A DNA stretch of 64,000 bases from an uncultured Nitrospiraceae bacterium (GCA_963727775.1 CAVSHB010000001.1:384001-448000); one strand, 5' to 3'. Numbered from the stretch's first letter, positions 24,468 through 36,803 are shown. Notes: generated from the letters alone by a model not told the origin. Numbers and translations: made by a program.

Positions 24468-25577
24468 GTGAATAAAAAAATTCTCATGAAAGGCAATGAA
24501 GCGATTGCTGAGGCGGCAGTCCAGGCAGGCTGCCGCTTTTATGCCGGCTATCCGATAACCCCTCAGAATGAAATACCCGAGTATCTGTCATGGAGAATGC
24601 CGGAAGTCGAAGGCATATTTGTACAGGCCGAAAGTGAACTTGCAGCAATTAATATGGTTTATGGCGCTGCCGCAGCCGGCTTAAGAGCTATGACTTCGTC
24701 CAGCAGTCCCGGGATAAGCCTGAAACAGGAAACGCTGTCATACCTTGCCGGAGCTGAACTGCCGGCGGTAATTGTCAATATGCAAAGGGGTGGTCCCGGC
24801 CTTGGAAATATTTACGGGAGTCAATCGGATTATTTCCAGGCGGTTAAGGGGGGAGGACATGGTGATTATAAGCTGCTTGTATTTGCCCCCTATAGTCTTC
24901 AGGAGTTGTGGGATTTGACAATGATAGCTTTTGATAAGGCTGATGAATATAGAAATCCCGTTATGATACTCGGGGACGGTATTGTCGGCCAAATGATGGA
25001 ACCTTTTTATCCGAGCCCTTATTCGAAGCCAAACCTTCCGGAAAAAGACTGGATACTGAATGGATGCAGAGGCAGAGAGTCAAGAGTGATCAAATCTCTG
25101 TATATGGGAGACGGCGAACTTGAAATGCGCAATAACATACTGCAGAAAAAATATATGGGGATGCGGGATAAAGAGGTCAGGTTTGAGAGTTATTTTGCTG
25201 AAGATTCCGATGTATTGGTTGTCGCATTTGGAATTGTTGCAAGGATTGCCTTATCGTCAGTAATAAAGCTCAGACGCGAAGGGATTAAGGTCGGGCTTTT
25301 CAGACCTATCACACTTTTTCCGTTTCCTGAAAAGGAACTTCGTTTGCTTGCAGGAGAGAATAGACGCTTTATTACAATAGAAATGAATGCAGGGCAGATG
25401 GTAGAAGATGTGAGGCTGTCAGTAAACGGCAGGTCGGAAGTATTGTTTTACGGAAAAGCCGGCGGCTCTATCATAATGCCTGAAGAGATAGAGGAAAAGA
25501 TAAAATTAATGGTAAGCCGACGGCTTCATTTAGCAACTCCTGAAATATTCAAAGATTTAACCGAACAGAAGTTGTAG
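24468..25577 (+). CDS. 2-oxoacid:ferredoxin oxidoreductase alpha subunit (VorB-like)
   Basis: MKGNEAIAEAA, YAGYPITPQ, QAESELAA, TSSSSPGISLKQE, EMNAGQM motifs. Confidence 0.9.
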   Translation: MNKKILMKGNEAIAEAAVQAGCRFYAGYPITPQNEIPEYLSWRMPEVEGIFVQAESELAAINMVYGAAAAGLRAMTSSSSPGISLKQETLSYLAGAELPAVIVNMQRGGPGLGNIYGSQSDYFQAVKGGGHGDYKLLVFAPYSLQELWDLTMIAFDKADEYRNPVMILGDGIVGQMMEPFYPSPYSKPNLPEKDWILNGCRGRESRVIKSLYMGDGELEMRNNILQKKYMGMRDKEVRFESYFAEDSDVLVVAFGIVARIALSSVIKLRREGIKVGLFRPITLFPFPEKELRLLAGENRRFITIEMNAGQMVEDVRLSVNGRSEVLFYGKAGGSIIMPEEIEEKIKLMVSRRLHLATPEIFKDLTEQKL

Positions 25578-25648
25578 TATTCCAACAACTGTTTCCAAAA
25601 TTTGTTCTGATAATTAAGAAGATTTCTTGCAGGTAACAAGTAATGGCG

Positions 25649-25810
25649 TTATTGCTCTTCTACTTTCTCCTCTGAATCTGTTCCCTCGATGGTTTCTTGG
25701 GGCTTATTTTCCTTGCTCAAACGCCGTTGTCTTTTCTCTTCCTGCTTTTTTTGACGCGATAATTCTTTTCTTCTCTTTTCACCTTTAAATACTCCAGCAC
25801 GCTTTGCCAA
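25649..25810 (-). CDS. Small Lys/Arg/Glu-rich hypothetical protein (53 aa)
   Basis: AAGGAGG RBS before TTG at 25810; MAKRAGVFKGEKRRKELSRQKKQEEKRQRR... basic N-half, acidic tail. Confidence 0.65.
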   Translation of the reverse strand: MAKRAGVFKGEKRRKELSRQKKQEEKRQRRLSKENKPQETIEGTDSEEKVEEQ

Positions 25811-25938
25811 TGTGACCTCCTTGGTGTTTTCAGAAGTATTATATTCTAAGCATGATTCCAAAGGCAATCGTAAGGCGCATAAATATTAATGATATCCTTA
25901 TTTTTTACCGGAGGGTAAAATTTTTTATGCCACATGTC

Positions 25939-25967
25939 TTGACAAAAAAATACTGATCTGGTAATAT
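25939..25967 (+). promoter_or_regulatory. Sigma70 promoter of the str/ribosomal superoperon
   Basis: TTGACA (25939-25944), 17 nt, TAATAT (25962-25967) with extended TGn. Confidence 0.7.
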
Positions 25968-26020
25968 TTTCACTTGCTGTATAAACCGGCTTTTGTAATT
26001 AACCAATGTATGGAGGAAAT

Positions 26021-26392
26021 GTGCCTACTATAGCACAATTAGTAAAAAATGGGCGTGAAAAAGTCAGGGTAAAGACCAAAAGCCCGGCATTGAGAGGATG
26101 TCCTCAAAAAAGAGGGGTTTGTGTCAGGGTCTACACTACAACACCAAAAAAGCCTAATTCTGCCTTAAGAAAAGTTGCAAGGGTAAGGCTTATGAATGCT
26201 ATGGAGGTCACAGCGTATATCCCTGGAGTCGGCCACAACCTTCAGGAACATTCTATTGTGATGATAAGAGGCGGGAGGGTAAAGGACCTTCCCGGAGTCA
26301 GATACCATATTATAAGAGGTACCCTCGATTCTATGGGAGTTGCGGATAGAAGACGGGGTAGGTCGAAATACGGGGCTAAGAGGCCCAAATAA
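26021..26392 (+). CDS. rpsL: 30S ribosomal protein S12
   Basis: [35 protein letters not shown] start after GGAGG. Confidence 0.98.
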   Translation: MPTIAQLVKNGREKVRVKTKSPALRGCPQKRGVCVRVYTTTPKKPNSALRKVARVRLMNAMEVTAYIPGVGHNLQEHSIVMIRGGRVKDLPGVRYHIIRGTLDSMGVADRRRGRSKYGAKRPK

Positions 26393-26405
26393 GAGAGAGT
26401 CATAA

Positions 26406-26876
26406 ATGCCAAGAAGAAGAGTTGTAGAAAAAAGAGATATTCTGTCAGATCCTAAATATAACAGTAAAGTTGTCAGTAAATTTGTCAATGCATTAATGGA
26501 GAGCGGCAAGAAATCCACTGCGGAGAGAATCTGCTACGGCGCATTCGATATTTTAAAGACAAAGACCGGTAGCGACCCGCTGAAAGTCTTTAAGACTGCG
26601 CTTGAAAACGTGAAACCTGTCCTGGAGGTCAAACCGAGAAGAGTTGGCGGCGCAACATATCAGGTGCCGGTAGAAATAAGGCCGCACAGACGTGCCGCGT
26701 TGGCTTTTAGATGGATTATCAATTATTCGAGGGCAAGAAGCGAAAGGACTATGCAGGAAAAACTGGCAGGGGAATTATTTGATGCTTTTAACAGTACGGG
26801 TTCTTCCATAAAAAAGAAAGAAGATACCCACAAAATGGCCGAAGCCAACAAGGCTTTTGCCCATTATAGATGGTAG
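26406..26876 (+). CDS. rpsG: 30S ribosomal protein S7
   Basis: [29 protein letters not shown]. Confidence 0.98.
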   Translation: MPRRRVVEKRDILSDPKYNSKVVSKFVNALMESGKKSTAERICYGAFDILKTKTGSDPLKVFKTALENVKPVLEVKPRRVGGATYQVPVEIRPHRRAALAFRWIINYSRARSERTMQEKLAGELFDAFNSTGSSIKKKEDTHKMAEANKAFAHYRW

Positions 26877-26894
26877 GAATAGAGGAGAGAAATT

Positions 26895-28973
26895 TTGTCA
26901 AGGGTTTCATTGGAGAAGACACGCAATATTGGCATAATGGCGCACATCGATGCGGGGAAGACTACAACTACCGAACGAATCCTCTATTATACAGGCGTTA
27001 CCTACAAGATTGGAGAGGTGCATGAAGGTACTGCTGTCATGGACTGGATGGTTCAGGAGCAGGAAAGAGGCATTACCATCACCTCTGCCGCTACAACATG
27101 TTTCTGGAAAGACTGTAGAATCAATATCATAGATACTCCGGGGCATGTCGATTTTACAATCGAAGTAGAAAGGTCTTTACGCGTGCTTGACGGCGCTGTT
27201 GCGGTTTTTGATTCTGTTGCAGGGGTTGAACCTCAGTCGGAAACGGTATGGAGGCAGGCTGATAAATATGGTGTGCCCCGTATCGCTTTTATGAATAAAA
27301 TGGATAGGGTAGGTGCAGATTTTTTTATGAGTGTAAGCAGTATAATAGAACGCCTCGATGCAAACCCCGTTCCTGTGCAACTACCCATAGGAGCAGAGGA
27401 TAAATACAGGGGTTCTATAGACCTTACCGAAATGAAGGCAATATTTTTTGATGATGAAACATTGGGAGCAAGTTATACCGAAGGAGAAATCCCGGAGGAG
27501 CTTCTGCCTATAACACATGAATACAGAGAGAAAATGATCGAAGCCTTGGCTGACACAGATGATATGATTATGGAGAAATATCTGGGGAAAGAAGAAATAA
27601 GTATAGATGAAATAAAAGCAGCGCTGCGAAAAGGCACTTTGGAGTTGAAGCTCACTCCCGTTATATGCGGATCGGCCTTTAAGAATAAAGGTGTCCAGCA
27701 TTTGCTTGATGCTATCGTTGATTATCTTCCTTCTCCGATTGATATCCCTCCTGTCGTCGGGAAAGTGCCGGATAGTGATTCCGTGATTGTCAGGCATGCC
27801 GATGAGAGTGAACCATTTTCCGCTATTGCGTTTAAGGTCATGACAGACCCGTTTGTCGGGCAGCTCACCTTTATTAGAGTCTACTCCGGCGTATTAAGTG
27901 CCGGTTCCTATATATACAACTCAACGAAAGATACAAAAGAAAGAGTCGGCAGGCTTCTGAAAATGCATGCGAACAAGCGTGAGGAAATAAAGGAAGTTGC
28001 TGCGGGTGATATTGCGGCAGTTGTCGGGCTTAAACACACACTTACGGGAGATACACTTTGTGACGAAAAAAGTCCGATTATTCTTGAGGCAATAGTGTTT
28101 CCTGAACCTGTTATGTCTGTTGCAATTGAGCCGAAGACAAAGGCAGACCAGGAAAGGCTTTCCCAATCGTTGGCTAAACTTGCCCAGGAAGACCCGTCGT
28201 TCAGGGTTTCTTTTGATGAGGAAACAGGTCAGACAATTATATCCGGTATGGGGGAGCTTCACCTTGAAATAATTGTGGACAGACTGCTTAGAGAATTCAA
28301 GGTCGGGGCGAATGTCGGAAAGCCGCAGGTTGCCTATAAAGAGACAGTTCGTGGAACTTCAAAGGCGGAAGGAAAGTTTGTAAGGCAGACAGGTGGGAGA
28401 GGACAATATGGTCATGTTTATATCGAGATTGAACCATTAGAGCCGGGTAAGGGATTTGAATTTGAAAATAAAATTGTTGGAGGGAGTATTCCGAGGGAAT
28501 ATGTCCCCGCCGTAGAAAAAGGAATAAAAGAGGCGGCAGACAGGGGAATTCTGGCAGGATATCCTGTTGTTGATTTAAAGGCAAAGCTTTACGATGGGTC
28601 ATATCATGAGGTTGACTCTTCTGAAATGGCATTCAAAATTGCAGGGTCCATGGCATTTAAGGAAGCAGTAAAACGGGCAAAGCCGATCCTCCTTGAGCCG
28701 ATCATGGGGATTGAGGTTGTGACCCCTGAAGAATACATGGGCGACGTGATAGGCGACCTTAATTCCCGTCGTGGAAGAATTCAAAACATAGAGAGAAGGG
28801 GAAATGCCCAAGTGATTAAGGTGCAGGCGCCGTTAGCGGAGATGTTCGGCTATGCTACTGATTTAAGATCAAAAACACAGGGCAGGGCCACATATACAAT
28901 GCAATTTTCACATTATGACGAGGTTCCTAAGGGTGTTTCCGAAGGAATTATCGCATTGGTAAAAGGCGAATAG
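26895..28973 (+). CDS. fusA: Elongation factor G
   Basis: [36 protein letters not shown] start. Confidence 0.99.
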   Translation: MSRVSLEKTRNIGIMAHIDAGKTTTTERILYYTGVTYKIGEVHEGTAVMDWMVQEQERGITITSAATTCFWKDCRINIIDTPGHVDFTIEVERSLRVLDGAVAVFDSVAGVEPQSETVWRQADKYGVPRIAFMNKMDRVGADFFMSVSSIIERLDANPVPVQLPIGAEDKYRGSIDLTEMKAIFFDDETLGASYTEGEIPEELLPITHEYREKMIEALADTDDMIMEKYLGKEEISIDEIKAALRKGTLELKLTPVICGSAFKNKGVQHLLDAIVDYLPSPIDIPPVVGKVPDSDSVIVRHADESEPFSAIAFKVMTDPFVGQLTFIRVYSGVLSAGSYIYNSTKDTKERVGRLLKMHANKREEIKEVAAGDIAAVVGLKHTLTGDTLCDEKSPIILEAIVFPEPVMSVAIEPKTKADQERLSQSLAKLAQEDPSFRVSFDEETGQTIISGMGELHLEIIVDRLLREFKVGANVGKPQVAYKETVRGTSKAEGKFVRQTGGRGQYGHVYIEIEPLEPGKGFEFENKIVGGSIPREYVPAVEKGIKEAADRGILAGYPVVDLKAKLYDGSYHEVDSSEMAFKIAGSMAFKEAVKRAKPILLEPIMGIEVVTPEEYMGDVIGDLNSRRGRIQNIERRGNAQVIKVQAPLAEMFGYATDLRSKTQGRATYTMQFSHYDEVPKGVSEGIIALVKGE

Positions 28974-28997
28974 TGCCATCGAAGAGAAGGAGGAAAA

Positions 28998-30197
28998 ATG
29001 GCAAAGGCTAAATTTGAGAGGGTAAAGCCTCATGCGAACATAGGGACGATCGGGCATGTAGACCACGGCAAGACGACGCTGACGTCGGCGATAACGAAAG
29101 TATTGGCGATGAAGGGGGGAGCGACGTTCAGGTCATTTGACAGCATCGACAATGCGCCTGAGGAGAAGGCCAGGGGAATCACGATAGCGACTGCGCATGT
29201 AGAGTACGAGACGGACAAGAGGCATTATGCACATGTAGACTGTCCGGGGCATGCGGATTATATAAAGAACATGATAACGGGAGCGGCGCAGATGGACGGA
29301 GCGGTGCTGGTAGTATCGGCAGCGGATGGGCCGATGCCGCAGACGAGGGAGCATATTCTGCTTGCGAGGCAGGTAGGGGTACCATATATAGTGGTATTCA
29401 TGAATAAAGTAGACATGGTAGATGATCCTGAGCTTTTGGATTTAGTAGAGCTTGAGATGAGGGAGTTATTGACGAAGTATCAGTTTCCTGGGGACAAGAT
29501 ACCGGTAATAAGGGGCAGTGCGTTAAAGGCGATGAACAGCACGGGCACGGAACCGGGAGCAGAAGAGTACAAGTGCATTTTTGAGCTTATGGATGCGGTA
29601 GACAGTTATATACCGACGCCTGACCGACCTATAGACAAGCCGTTTTTAATGCCGATAGAGGATGTATTTACGATTTCCGGGCGTGGAACGGTGGTGACAG
29701 GCAGAGTAGAGAGGGGAATAGTTAAGGTAGGAGAAGAAGTAGAGATAGTGGGATTGGGTGAGACGCGCAAGACGGTGGCCACGGGAGTGGAGATGTTCAG
29801 GAAACTGCTTGACGAAGGTCGTGCCGGAGACAACGTAGGGGTATTGTTAAGAGGTATAGGGAAGGAAGAAGTAGAGAGGGGGCAGGTATTAGCGAAGCCT
29901 GGTAGCATAACGCCGCATACGAAGTTTAAGGCAGAGGTGTATATATTGACGAAGGAAGAGGGCGGAAGGCATACCCCGTTTTTCAAGGGTTACAGGCCGC
30001 AGTTTTATTTCAGGACAACTGATGTAACAGGTGTAGCGCAGCTTCCTGAGGGGGTAGAGATGGTGATGCCCGGCGACAATGTGACCTTGGCGATTGAACT
30101 CATCTCGGCTATTGCAATGGAAAAAGAGTTGCGCTTTGCCATTAGAGAGGGTGGAAGAACCGTAGGCGCCGGCGTTGTTACAGAGGTAATACAATAA
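28998..30197 (+). CDS. tuf: Elongation factor Tu
   Basis: [34 protein letters not shown]. Confidence 0.99.
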   Translation: MAKAKFERVKPHANIGTIGHVDHGKTTLTSAITKVLAMKGGATFRSFDSIDNAPEEKARGITIATAHVEYETDKRHYAHVDCPGHADYIKNMITGAAQMDGAVLVVSAADGPMPQTREHILLARQVGVPYIVVFMNKVDMVDDPELLDLVELEMRELLTKYQFPGDKIPVIRGSALKAMNSTGTEPGAEEYKCIFELMDAVDSYIPTPDRPIDKPFLMPIEDVFTISGRGTVVTGRVERGIVKVGEEVEIVGLGETRKTVATGVEMFRKLLDEGRAGDNVGVLLRGIGKEEVERGQVLAKPGSITPHTKFKAEVYILTKEEGGRHTPFFKGYRPQFYFRTTDVTGVAQLPEGVEMVMPGDNVTLAIELISAIAMEKELRFAIREGGRTVGAGVVTEVIQ

Positions 30198-30286
30198 TAT
30201 AATGAAAAAGAAAGAATGTAAAATGGAGAAAAATTCCTGTACGATTTGCATTTTACATATACCAATGGAGCTAAGCAATTAAGGTG

Positions 30287-30592
30287 ATGAACCAAAAGAT
30301 AAGGATAAAATTAAGGGCTTACGATCACAGAATACTCGATAGGTCTGTGAAGGAGATAGTGGACACAGTTCAAAGGACAGGGGCAAGAATAGCCGGACCG
30401 GTCCCTCTGCCTACAAGGATAAGCAGGGTAACTGTTCTCAGGTCTCCTCATGTAGATAAGAAGTCCAGAGAGCAATTTGAGATCAGAACTCATAAAAGGT
30501 TAATAGATATAGTTGATCCTACGCCGCAAACTGTTGACGCTCTAATGAAACTGGAGCTTGCAGCAGGAGTTGATGTAGAGATAAAGCTGTGA
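30287..30592 (+). CDS. rpsJ: 30S ribosomal protein S10
   Basis: [29 protein letters not shown]. Confidence 0.98.
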   Translation: MNQKIRIKLRAYDHRILDRSVKEIVDTVQRTGARIAGPVPLPTRISRVTVLRSPHVDKKSREQFEIRTHKRLIDIVDPTPQTVDALMKLELAAGVDVEIKL

Positions 30593-30663
30593 TAATAAAT
30601 TAGCCCGATAATCAGTTTCTGCTTTAATATATAATGATCGGCAAATAGTTCGGAGATAGAGGA

Positions 30664-31275
30664 ATGATAGGAATATTAGGAAAAAAGCTCGGCATGACAC
30701 AGATATTCACTGAAGATGGAAAGGCATATCCTGTTACCGTTGTTGAAGCAGGACCATGTTGTGTCATTCAGGTGAAGACGCTTGATAAGGATGGCTATGA
30801 GGCTGTTAAAATAGGTTTTTCTGAGATGAAAGAACAGAGAGTAAACAAACCCTTGGCAGGTGTCTTTAAGAAAGCGGGAGTTAAGCCATATAAGTTATTG
30901 AAAGAATTGCAGATTGGCGGCTTAAAGGTCGGTGAATTTGTAACCGTGGAAAAATTTGTTAAAGGAGATAGAGTTTCCGTTTCCGGCGTATCCAAGGGCA
31001 AGGGATTTCAGGGTGTTATGAAAAGGCACAATTTTTCCGGCGGGCCTGGTTCTCATGGTTCAATGTTTAATCGTGCGCCGGGTTCTATAGGCGCAAGCTC
31101 ATATCCATCGCGGGTATGGAAAAATCAGAAAATGCCTGGTCATATGGGGTCCGAGAATGTAACAGTGAAAAACTTGGAAATTGTGGACATTAAAGTTGAC
31201 CAAAATCTGCTCTTAATTAAAGGGGCAGTCCCGGGTGCGGCAGGGACATACATAGAGATTAAAAAGGAAGATTAA
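30664..31275 (+). CDS. rplC: 50S ribosomal protein L3
   Basis: [29 protein letters not shown]. Confidence 0.98.
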   Translation: MIGILGKKLGMTQIFTEDGKAYPVTVVEAGPCCVIQVKTLDKDGYEAVKIGFSEMKEQRVNKPLAGVFKKAGVKPYKLLKELQIGGLKVGEFVTVEKFVKGDRVSVSGVSKGKGFQGVMKRHNFSGGPGSHGSMFNRAPGSIGASSYPSRVWKNQKMPGHMGSENVTVKNLEIVDIKVDQNLLLIKGAVPGAAGTYIEIKKED

Positions 31276-31276
31276 C

Positions 31277-31906
31277 ATGCCAGAAGTTGAAATAAGAGAC
31301 AAGAATAATAATATAGTTGGGAAGCTTAACCTTAAAGATGACGTCTTCGATGTCAGTGCAAAGCAAGGCGTAGTCCATAAGGCAATAGTGAATATCCTTG
31401 CAAACCAGCGGCAGGGCACTCATGCGACAAAGACAAAAGGACTTATTAGCGGGGGAGGCAAGAAGCCGTGGAAGCAGAAACATACGGGAAGGGCAAGGGC
31501 AGGTAGTATCCGTTCTCCTTTATGGAGAGGGGGAGGTACGGTCTTTGGTCCACAACCGAGGGATTATTCATTTAAGCTCCCCAAAAAAGTAAAAAGGCTT
31601 GCTTTAATGTCTGCTTTCCATGAAAAGCTTTCGAGTGGAGAAGTCATGATAATAGACACATTGTCCGTGGAGAAGCCTAAAACAAAAGAAATGATTTCAA
31701 TCTTGAAAGGCCTCGGTCTTAATAACAAAAGCGTGCTCATAATACTTCCCGAAAAAGATGACACGATTACACTTTCTGCCCGGAATATACCGGGTGTTGC
31801 TGTAACAAGAGCTATGGATCTCAATACCTATGATATCCTTGCTTATAACATGCTCCTTATGACTAAAGAAGGGGCGTCACGATTAGAGGAAATAAAAGGA
31901 TCATGA
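31277..31906 (+). CDS. rplD: 50S ribosomal protein L4
   Basis: RQGTHATKT, KPWKQKHTGRARAGSIRSP. Confidence 0.98.
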   Translation: MPEVEIRDKNNNIVGKLNLKDDVFDVSAKQGVVHKAIVNILANQRQGTHATKTKGLISGGGKKPWKQKHTGRARAGSIRSPLWRGGGTVFGPQPRDYSFKLPKKVKRLALMSAFHEKLSSGEVMIIDTLSVEKPKTKEMISILKGLGLNNKSVLIILPEKDDTITLSARNIPGVAVTRAMDLNTYDILAYNMLLMTKEGASRLEEIKGS

Positions 31907-32193
31907 AAAATATTTATACTATAATTAAGAAGCCTTTGTTTACGGAAAAGGGCGGACATCTTAAAGAATCAGAAAACAAAATACTTGTCGAAGTCGCAAA
32001 AGACGCCAACAAAATAGATATAAAAAGATCTATCGAAGAGATTTTCAAGGTAAAGGTAGACAAGGTTGCAACAATCAACGCGCAGGGAAAATGGAAAAAA
32101 CATGGAAGGTCTCTCGGCAAAAGGCCCGACAGGAAGAAAGCGATTATTACGCTTAAGAAGGGCGAAAAACTTGAATTTATTGAAGGTGCATAA
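31903..32193 (+). CDS. rplW: 50S ribosomal protein L23
   Basis: [17 protein letters not shown]; position in the S10 operon. Confidence 0.96.
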   Translation: MKNIYTIIKKPLFTEKGGHLKESENKILVEVAKDANKIDIKRSIEEIFKVKVDKVATINAQGKWKKHGRSLGKRPDRKKAIITLKKGEKLEFIEGA

Positions 32194-33011
32194 TGGGCAT
32201 AAAGAAATATAATCCGACATCACCCGGCGTAAGATTTCAGACGGTCTCTGATTTTGCCGACATTACAACTGATAAACCGCACAAACCTTTACTGAAATCG
32301 CTGAAGAAGACGGGTGGAAGAAATAGCAGTGGACGTGTTACTGCATGGCATAGGGGCGGCGGTAACAAGAAGAATTTTAGAATCATTGATTTTAAAAGAA
32401 ATAAGCTCGGGGTGGCGGCCATGGTCGGATCTATTGAGTATGATCCAAACAGGTCGGCAAGGATCGCGCTCCTTAATTATCGAGACGGCGATAAGCGGTA
32501 TATTATTGCGCCTTCGGGACTTAATATAGGCGATGAAATTGTATCCGGTAAAGGTGTCGAAATAAAAACAGGCAATGCATTGCCGTTGAGTGACATGCCG
32601 TTAGGAACATTTATACATAATATTGAATTGCGGCCGGGAGAAGGCGCAAAACTTGCAAGAAGTGCAGGTTCGTCAGCGCAGCTTATAGCCAAAGAGGATA
32701 GATATGTCCAGGTCAAGCTTTCATCGGGAGAAGCGCGGTTTGTCCCTTCGGATTGTATGGCGACAGTCGGGCAGGTAAGTAACTCCGACCATGAAAACAT
32801 ATCATACGGCAAGGCGGGCAGGATGAGATGGCTGGGTAGAAAGCCGATTGTAAGGGGCGTTGCAATGAATCCGATAGATCATCCCCTTGGAGGTGGAGAA
32901 GGTAAGGCATCTGGCGGAAGGCCTGCTTGTACTCCTTGGGGAAAACCTGAGGGAGTTAAGACCAGGCAAAATAAGAGAACAGACAGATTAATTATTAAGA
33001 GGAGGAAGTAG
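32193..33011 (+). CDS. rplB: 50S ribosomal protein L2
   Basis: [31 protein letters not shown]. Confidence 0.98.
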   Translation: MGIKKYNPTSPGVRFQTVSDFADITTDKPHKPLLKSLKKTGGRNSSGRVTAWHRGGGNKKNFRIIDFKRNKLGVAAMVGSIEYDPNRSARIALLNYRDGDKRYIIAPSGLNIGDEIVSGKGVEIKTGNALPLSDMPLGTFIHNIELRPGEGAKLARSAGSSAQLIAKEDRYVQVKLSSGEARFVPSDCMATVGQVSNSDHENISYGKAGRMRWLGRKPIVRGVAMNPIDHPLGGGEGKASGGRPACTPWGKPEGVKTRQNKRTDRLIIKRRK

Positions 33012-33012
33012 G

Positions 33013-33297
33013 TTGGCGAGGTCTCTAAAAAAAGGTCCTTTTGTAGATGTGAAGCTTATGAAAAAGGTAACGGCAATGATCGAAAGCGGAGAAAAAAAGC
33101 TTATAAAGACATGGTCGAGACGTTCTACCATTGTCCCAGAATTTATAGGGTATACATTCGCTGTGCACAACGGTAAAAAATTTGTCCCTGTGTATGTTAC
33201 GGAGAATATGGTAGGTCATAAGCTTGGTGAATTTTCACCGACACGAACATTTAGAAGTCATGCGGGCGCTGAAAAGGCAGCCTCAGCAAAAGGGTAA
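33013..33297 (+). CDS. rpsS: 30S ribosomal protein S19
   Basis: [30 protein letters not shown]. Confidence 0.98.
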   Translation: MARSLKKGPFVDVKLMKKVTAMIESGEKKLIKTWSRRSTIVPEFIGYTFAVHNGKKFVPVYVTENMVGHKLGEFSPTRTFRSHAGAEKAASAKG

Positions 33298-33308
33298 GGA
33301 AGTTCATT

Positions 33309-33641
33309 ATGGAGTCTATAGCTATATTAAAATATGCGAGGATTACACCCAGAAAGGCACGAAGGGTGGTTGACCTTATACGATATAAAAGTGCCGGCGA
33401 TGCCCTTATGTTTCTTAAGTTTATGCCGTACAGAGGATCAAAGTTTGTGGAAAAGCTTTTGAAATCTGCGATGGCTAACGCGGAACAGAAAAAGGCTGTG
33501 AATCCCGAAGAAATGAAGATTGTTAAGGCCTTTGTAGATCAGGGGCCGGTAATGAAAAGGGTTGAACCGAGAGCGATGGGGAGGGCCAACGTTATCAGAA
33601 AGAGATCTTCCCATATAACTCTCGTTCTTTCCGAGGAATAG
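33309..33641 (+). CDS. rplV: 50S ribosomal protein L22
   Basis: RITPRKARRV, KSAMANA, PRAMGRA, SHITLV. Confidence 0.97.
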   Translation: MESIAILKYARITPRKARRVVDLIRYKSAGDALMFLKFMPYRGSKFVEKLLKSAMANAEQKKAVNPEEMKIVKAFVDQGPVMKRVEPRAMGRANVIRKRSSHITLVLSEE

Positions 33642-33741
33642 GCAGTATTAAGGTTAAGAGTGGGAAGTTAAAAGTTGCGGAAGTTCAATATATGGCTCTT
33701 AACTCTCAACTCATAACTTTTAATTACATTAGGAGGTAGAT

Positions 33742-34389
33742 TTGGGTCAGAAGGCGCATCCGATAGGAAGCAGACTAGGGATAATAAAGACCTGGGATTC
33801 AAGGTGGTTTGCCGGTAAGGGATATAGGGATCAACTTCTTGAAGACATATCAATAAGGAGAACGCTTAAGGAAAGACTTTACCATGCCGGCGTGCCTAAG
33901 ATAGAAATAGAACGTGCCGGTCAGAATTTGAGGGTAATAATTCATACTGCAAGGCCTGGAATAATTATCGGCAAAAAAGGTGCTGAAGTTGAAAAGCTCA
34001 GGAAAGACCTTAAAGAGATGAGCGGTAAAGATGTTTCGATTGACATAAAAGAAATCAGGAAACCGGAAATAGACGCCCAGCTTGTGGCGGAAAATGTGGC
34101 GCTTCAGCTTGAGAAAAGGGTTGCATTCAGGAGGGCGATGAAAAAGTCCGTAGCTTCAGCCCTCAGATTCGGGACCCTCGGAGTTAAGATAGCATGCGCT
34201 GGAAGGCTTGCCGGGGCTGAGATTGCACGATCAGAGTGGTACAGGGAGGGACGGGTTCCTCTCCATACGTTCAGGGCCGATATAGATTATGGTTATGCTA
34301 GGGCAAAGACCACATACGGTATCATAGGTGTTAAGGTGTGGATGTACCACGGAGATATCCTGCCTGAAAGTAGAATGAAGGAAATTTAG
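33742..34389 (+). CDS. rpsC: 30S ribosomal protein S3
   Basis: [35 protein letters not shown]. Confidence 0.98.
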   Translation: MGQKAHPIGSRLGIIKTWDSRWFAGKGYRDQLLEDISIRRTLKERLYHAGVPKIEIERAGQNLRVIIHTARPGIIIGKKGAEVEKLRKDLKEMSGKDVSIDIKEIRKPEIDAQLVAENVALQLEKRVAFRRAMKKSVASALRFGTLGVKIACAGRLAGAEIARSEWYREGRVPLHTFRADIDYGYARAKTTYGIIGVKVWMYHGDILPESRMKEI

Positions 34390-34397
34390 GTGATATT

Positions 34398-34817
34398 ATG
34401 TTGATGCCCAAAAAGGTTAAATTCAGAAAGATGCAGAAAGGCAGAATGAATGGTAAAGCATATAGCGGCTCTACTGTTGCATTCGGTGAATTCGGGTTAA
34501 AGGCTCTGGAGCCGGGATGGGTTTCGAGTCAGCAGATTGAGTCAGCCAGAATCGCGATTACCCGTCATGCAAAACGGGGATGTAAAGTATGGATAAGAAT
34601 TTTCCCTGATAAGCCGATAACGAAGAAACCGGCAGAGACAAGAATGGGGAAGGGGAAAGGAGCTCCCGAATACTGGGTTGCAGTTGTGAAACCGGGCAGG
34701 ATCCTCTATGAGATGTCGGGTGTGACTGAGGCTCTTGCAAAGGAGGCTATGCGCCTTGCTTCTTATAAATTACCGGTGGCAACAAAGTTTATCAAGAGGG
34801 ATGAGGAGGTTCTGTGA
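34398..34817 (+). CDS. rplP: 50S ribosomal protein L16
   Basis: [33 protein letters not shown]. Confidence 0.98.
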   Translation: MLMPKKVKFRKMQKGRMNGKAYSGSTVAFGEFGLKALEPGWVSSQQIESARIAITRHAKRGCKVWIRIFPDKPITKKPAETRMGKGKGAPEYWVAVVKPGRILYEMSGVTEALAKEAMRLASYKLPVATKFIKRDEEVL

Positions 34818-35011
34818 AATCATCTGAGTTGAGGGCAATGACAATAGATGAATTGGAACAGAAAGAGCAGGATCTCAGAAAAGAACTTTTCAACCTGCGA
34901 TTTCAGTCCGCTACAGGCGAGATAGAAAACCCAATGCGCATACGCACTGTTAGAAAAAACATTGCGAAGGTTTTGACAATAAGAAGTGAAAAGTCAAGAG
35001 CGAAAAGTTAA
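34814..35011 (+). CDS. rpmC: 50S ribosomal protein L29
   Basis: [21 protein letters not shown]. Confidence 0.96.
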   Translation: MKSSELRAMTIDELEQKEQDLRKELFNLRFQSATGEIENPMRIRTVRKNIAKVLTIRSEKSRAKS

Positions 35012-35055
35012 CAAGAAATGGCGTATTATGACTTTTAACTCAAAGAGAGGTTGAA

Positions 35056-35283
35056 GTGGTAAAAAAGATTTATACAGGCAAGGTTATAAGTAACAGTATG
35101 GACAAAACAGTAGTCGTAGCAGTGACCAGGCTTTTTCAGCACCCTACTTATAAAAAGACTGTAAAGCGGGTAACAAAATTCAAGGCACATGATGAGAAAA
35201 ACAAGTGTCAGATCGGGGATAGTGTAAAGGTGATTGAAACAAGACCTCTCAGCAAGGAGAAGAGGTGGATAGTAATAGAATAG
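35056..35283 (+). CDS. rpsQ: 30S ribosomal protein S17
   Basis: [30 protein letters not shown]. Confidence 0.97.
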   Translation: MVKKIYTGKVISNSMDKTVVVAVTRLFQHPTYKKTVKRVTKFKAHDEKNKCQIGDSVKVIETRPLSKEKRWIVIE

Positions 35284-35305
35284 CGGCCGAATGGAGTGAG
35301 GACAG

Positions 35306-35674
35306 ATGATCCAGTTGAGGAGTATACTCGAAGTTGCAGACAATTCAGGTGCAAAGAAAGTACAATGTATAAAAGTCCTCGGAGGGTTTCACAGGAGATA
35401 TGCGAGGCTTGGGGATATAGTTGTCGTTAGTGTTAAAGAGGCACTACCTGATAGCAATATCAAGAAGGGCTCCGTTGCGAAAGCTGTCGTTGTTCGTACT
35501 AAGAAAGAACACAGGAGACCCGATGGTTCCTATATACGTTTTGACCAGAATGCAGTAGTAATTATAAACCCTCAGGGCGAACCTGTCGGCACTAGGATAT
35601 TCGGCCCTGTAGCGAGGGAGCTAAGGTGGAAAGAGTTTACGAAGATCATATCACTGGCTCCGGAGGTTTTATAG
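35306..35674 (+). CDS. rplN: 50S ribosomal protein L14
   Basis: [27 protein letters not shown]. Confidence 0.98.
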   Translation: MIQLRSILEVADNSGAKKVQCIKVLGGFHRRYARLGDIVVVSVKEALPDSNIKKGSVAKAVVVRTKKEHRRPDGSYIRFDQNAVVIINPQGEPVGTRIFGPVARELRWKEFTKIISLAPEVL

Positions 35675-35681
35675 GAGAGAT

Positions 35682-36002
35682 ATGGGTTTAAGTATAAAGA
35701 AAAATGATACTGTAGAGGTAATTACCGGAAAAGAAAAAGGCAAAAAGGGAAGGGTTATCTCAGTTAATCCATCAAAGGATAATCTTTTGATAGAGAAGAT
35801 TAACATGATAAAGAAACATATGAAACCGACCAGAAAATATGCCCAGGGTGGAATTATCGAAAAAGAGGCCCCGATTCATGTGTCCAATGTAATGCTGGTA
35901 TGCCCGAAATGTGGCAAGCTGGCAAGGATCGGAAATACATCCTTACAAGATGGCAGGAAGGTGCGGGTGTGTAAGAAATGCAGGGAGGTCATAGACCAGT
36001 AA
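35682..36002 (+). CDS. rplX: 50S ribosomal protein L24
   Basis: KOW motif ([11 protein letters not shown]), [11 protein letters not shown]. Confidence 0.97.
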   Translation: MGLSIKKNDTVEVITGKEKGKKGRVISVNPSKDNLLIEKINMIKKHMKPTRKYAQGGIIEKEAPIHVSNVMLVCPKCGKLARIGNTSLQDGRKVRVCKKCREVIDQ

Positions 36003-36544
36003 TGATGCCGAGGCTCAAAGAAAAATATCTTAAAGAAATTATCCCTAATATGATGAAGGAATTTTCGTATAAAAACATTATGGAGGTTCCTAAAGTAAAA
36101 AAGATCGTCCTTAATGTGGGACTTGGAGAGGCGATACAGAATATAAAGCTTCTTGATGCTGCACAAAAAGAGCTTTCATTAGTAACCGGGCAGAAAGCTG
36201 TAGTAACAAAGGCCAAAAAATCGATAGCGGCCTTTAAATTAAGGCAAGGGGTACCTATAGGATGTAAGGTGACCCTCAGAAGTGACAGGATGTATGAATT
36301 CCTTGACAGGTTTATAAGCGTTACATTGCCGAGAATAAGAGATTTCAGGGGAATATCCGGAAAATCTTTTGACGGAAGAGGCAACTATTCCCTCGGCTTC
36401 AAGGAACAGTTCATATTCCCTGAGATTGATTATGACAAGGTTGAGATGGTTCACGGGCTTGACGTGGTTTTTTGCACTACTGCAAAGACCGATAAGGAAA
36501 GTAAGGCATTATTGCGTTTTTTTGGAATGCCGTTTAGAAATTGA
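36002..36544 (+). CDS. rplE: 50S ribosomal protein L5
   Basis: [31 protein letters not shown]. Start at 36002 or 36005. Confidence 0.97.
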   Translation: MMPRLKEKYLKEIIPNMMKEFSYKNIMEVPKVKKIVLNVGLGEAIQNIKLLDAAQKELSLVTGQKAVVTKAKKSIAAFKLRQGVPIGCKVTLRSDRMYEFLDRFISVTLPRIRDFRGISGKSFDGRGNYSLGFKEQFIFPEIDYDKVEMVHGLDVVFCTTAKTDKESKALLRFFGMPFRN

Positions 36545-36617
36545 AATAATTTTTGGTTGTTGGTTTTTAGTTATTAGTCTTTAAAAACCGGCAACTAAAA
36601 ACTAAATGGGGTGATGA

Positions 36618-36803
36618 ATGGCGAAGACGTGTTTGATTGAAAAGGCTAAAAAGCCGCCAAAATTCAAGGTTCGAGCGTATAACAGATGTAAACTATGTGG
36701 TAGGCCCAGGGCCTATTTGCGCAAGTTCGGGATGTGTAGGATTTGTTTCAGAACACTTGCACTCGAGGGCCATATACCCGGAGTGACAAAGGCGAGCTGG
36801 TAG
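36618..36803 (+). CDS. rpsN: 30S ribosomal protein S14, short Zn-binding (C+) type
   Basis: CKLCGRPR...[14 protein letters not shown]. Confidence 0.97.
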   Translation: MAKTCLIEKAKKPPKFKVRAYNRCKLCGRPRAYLRKFGMCRICFRTLALEGHIPGVTKASW

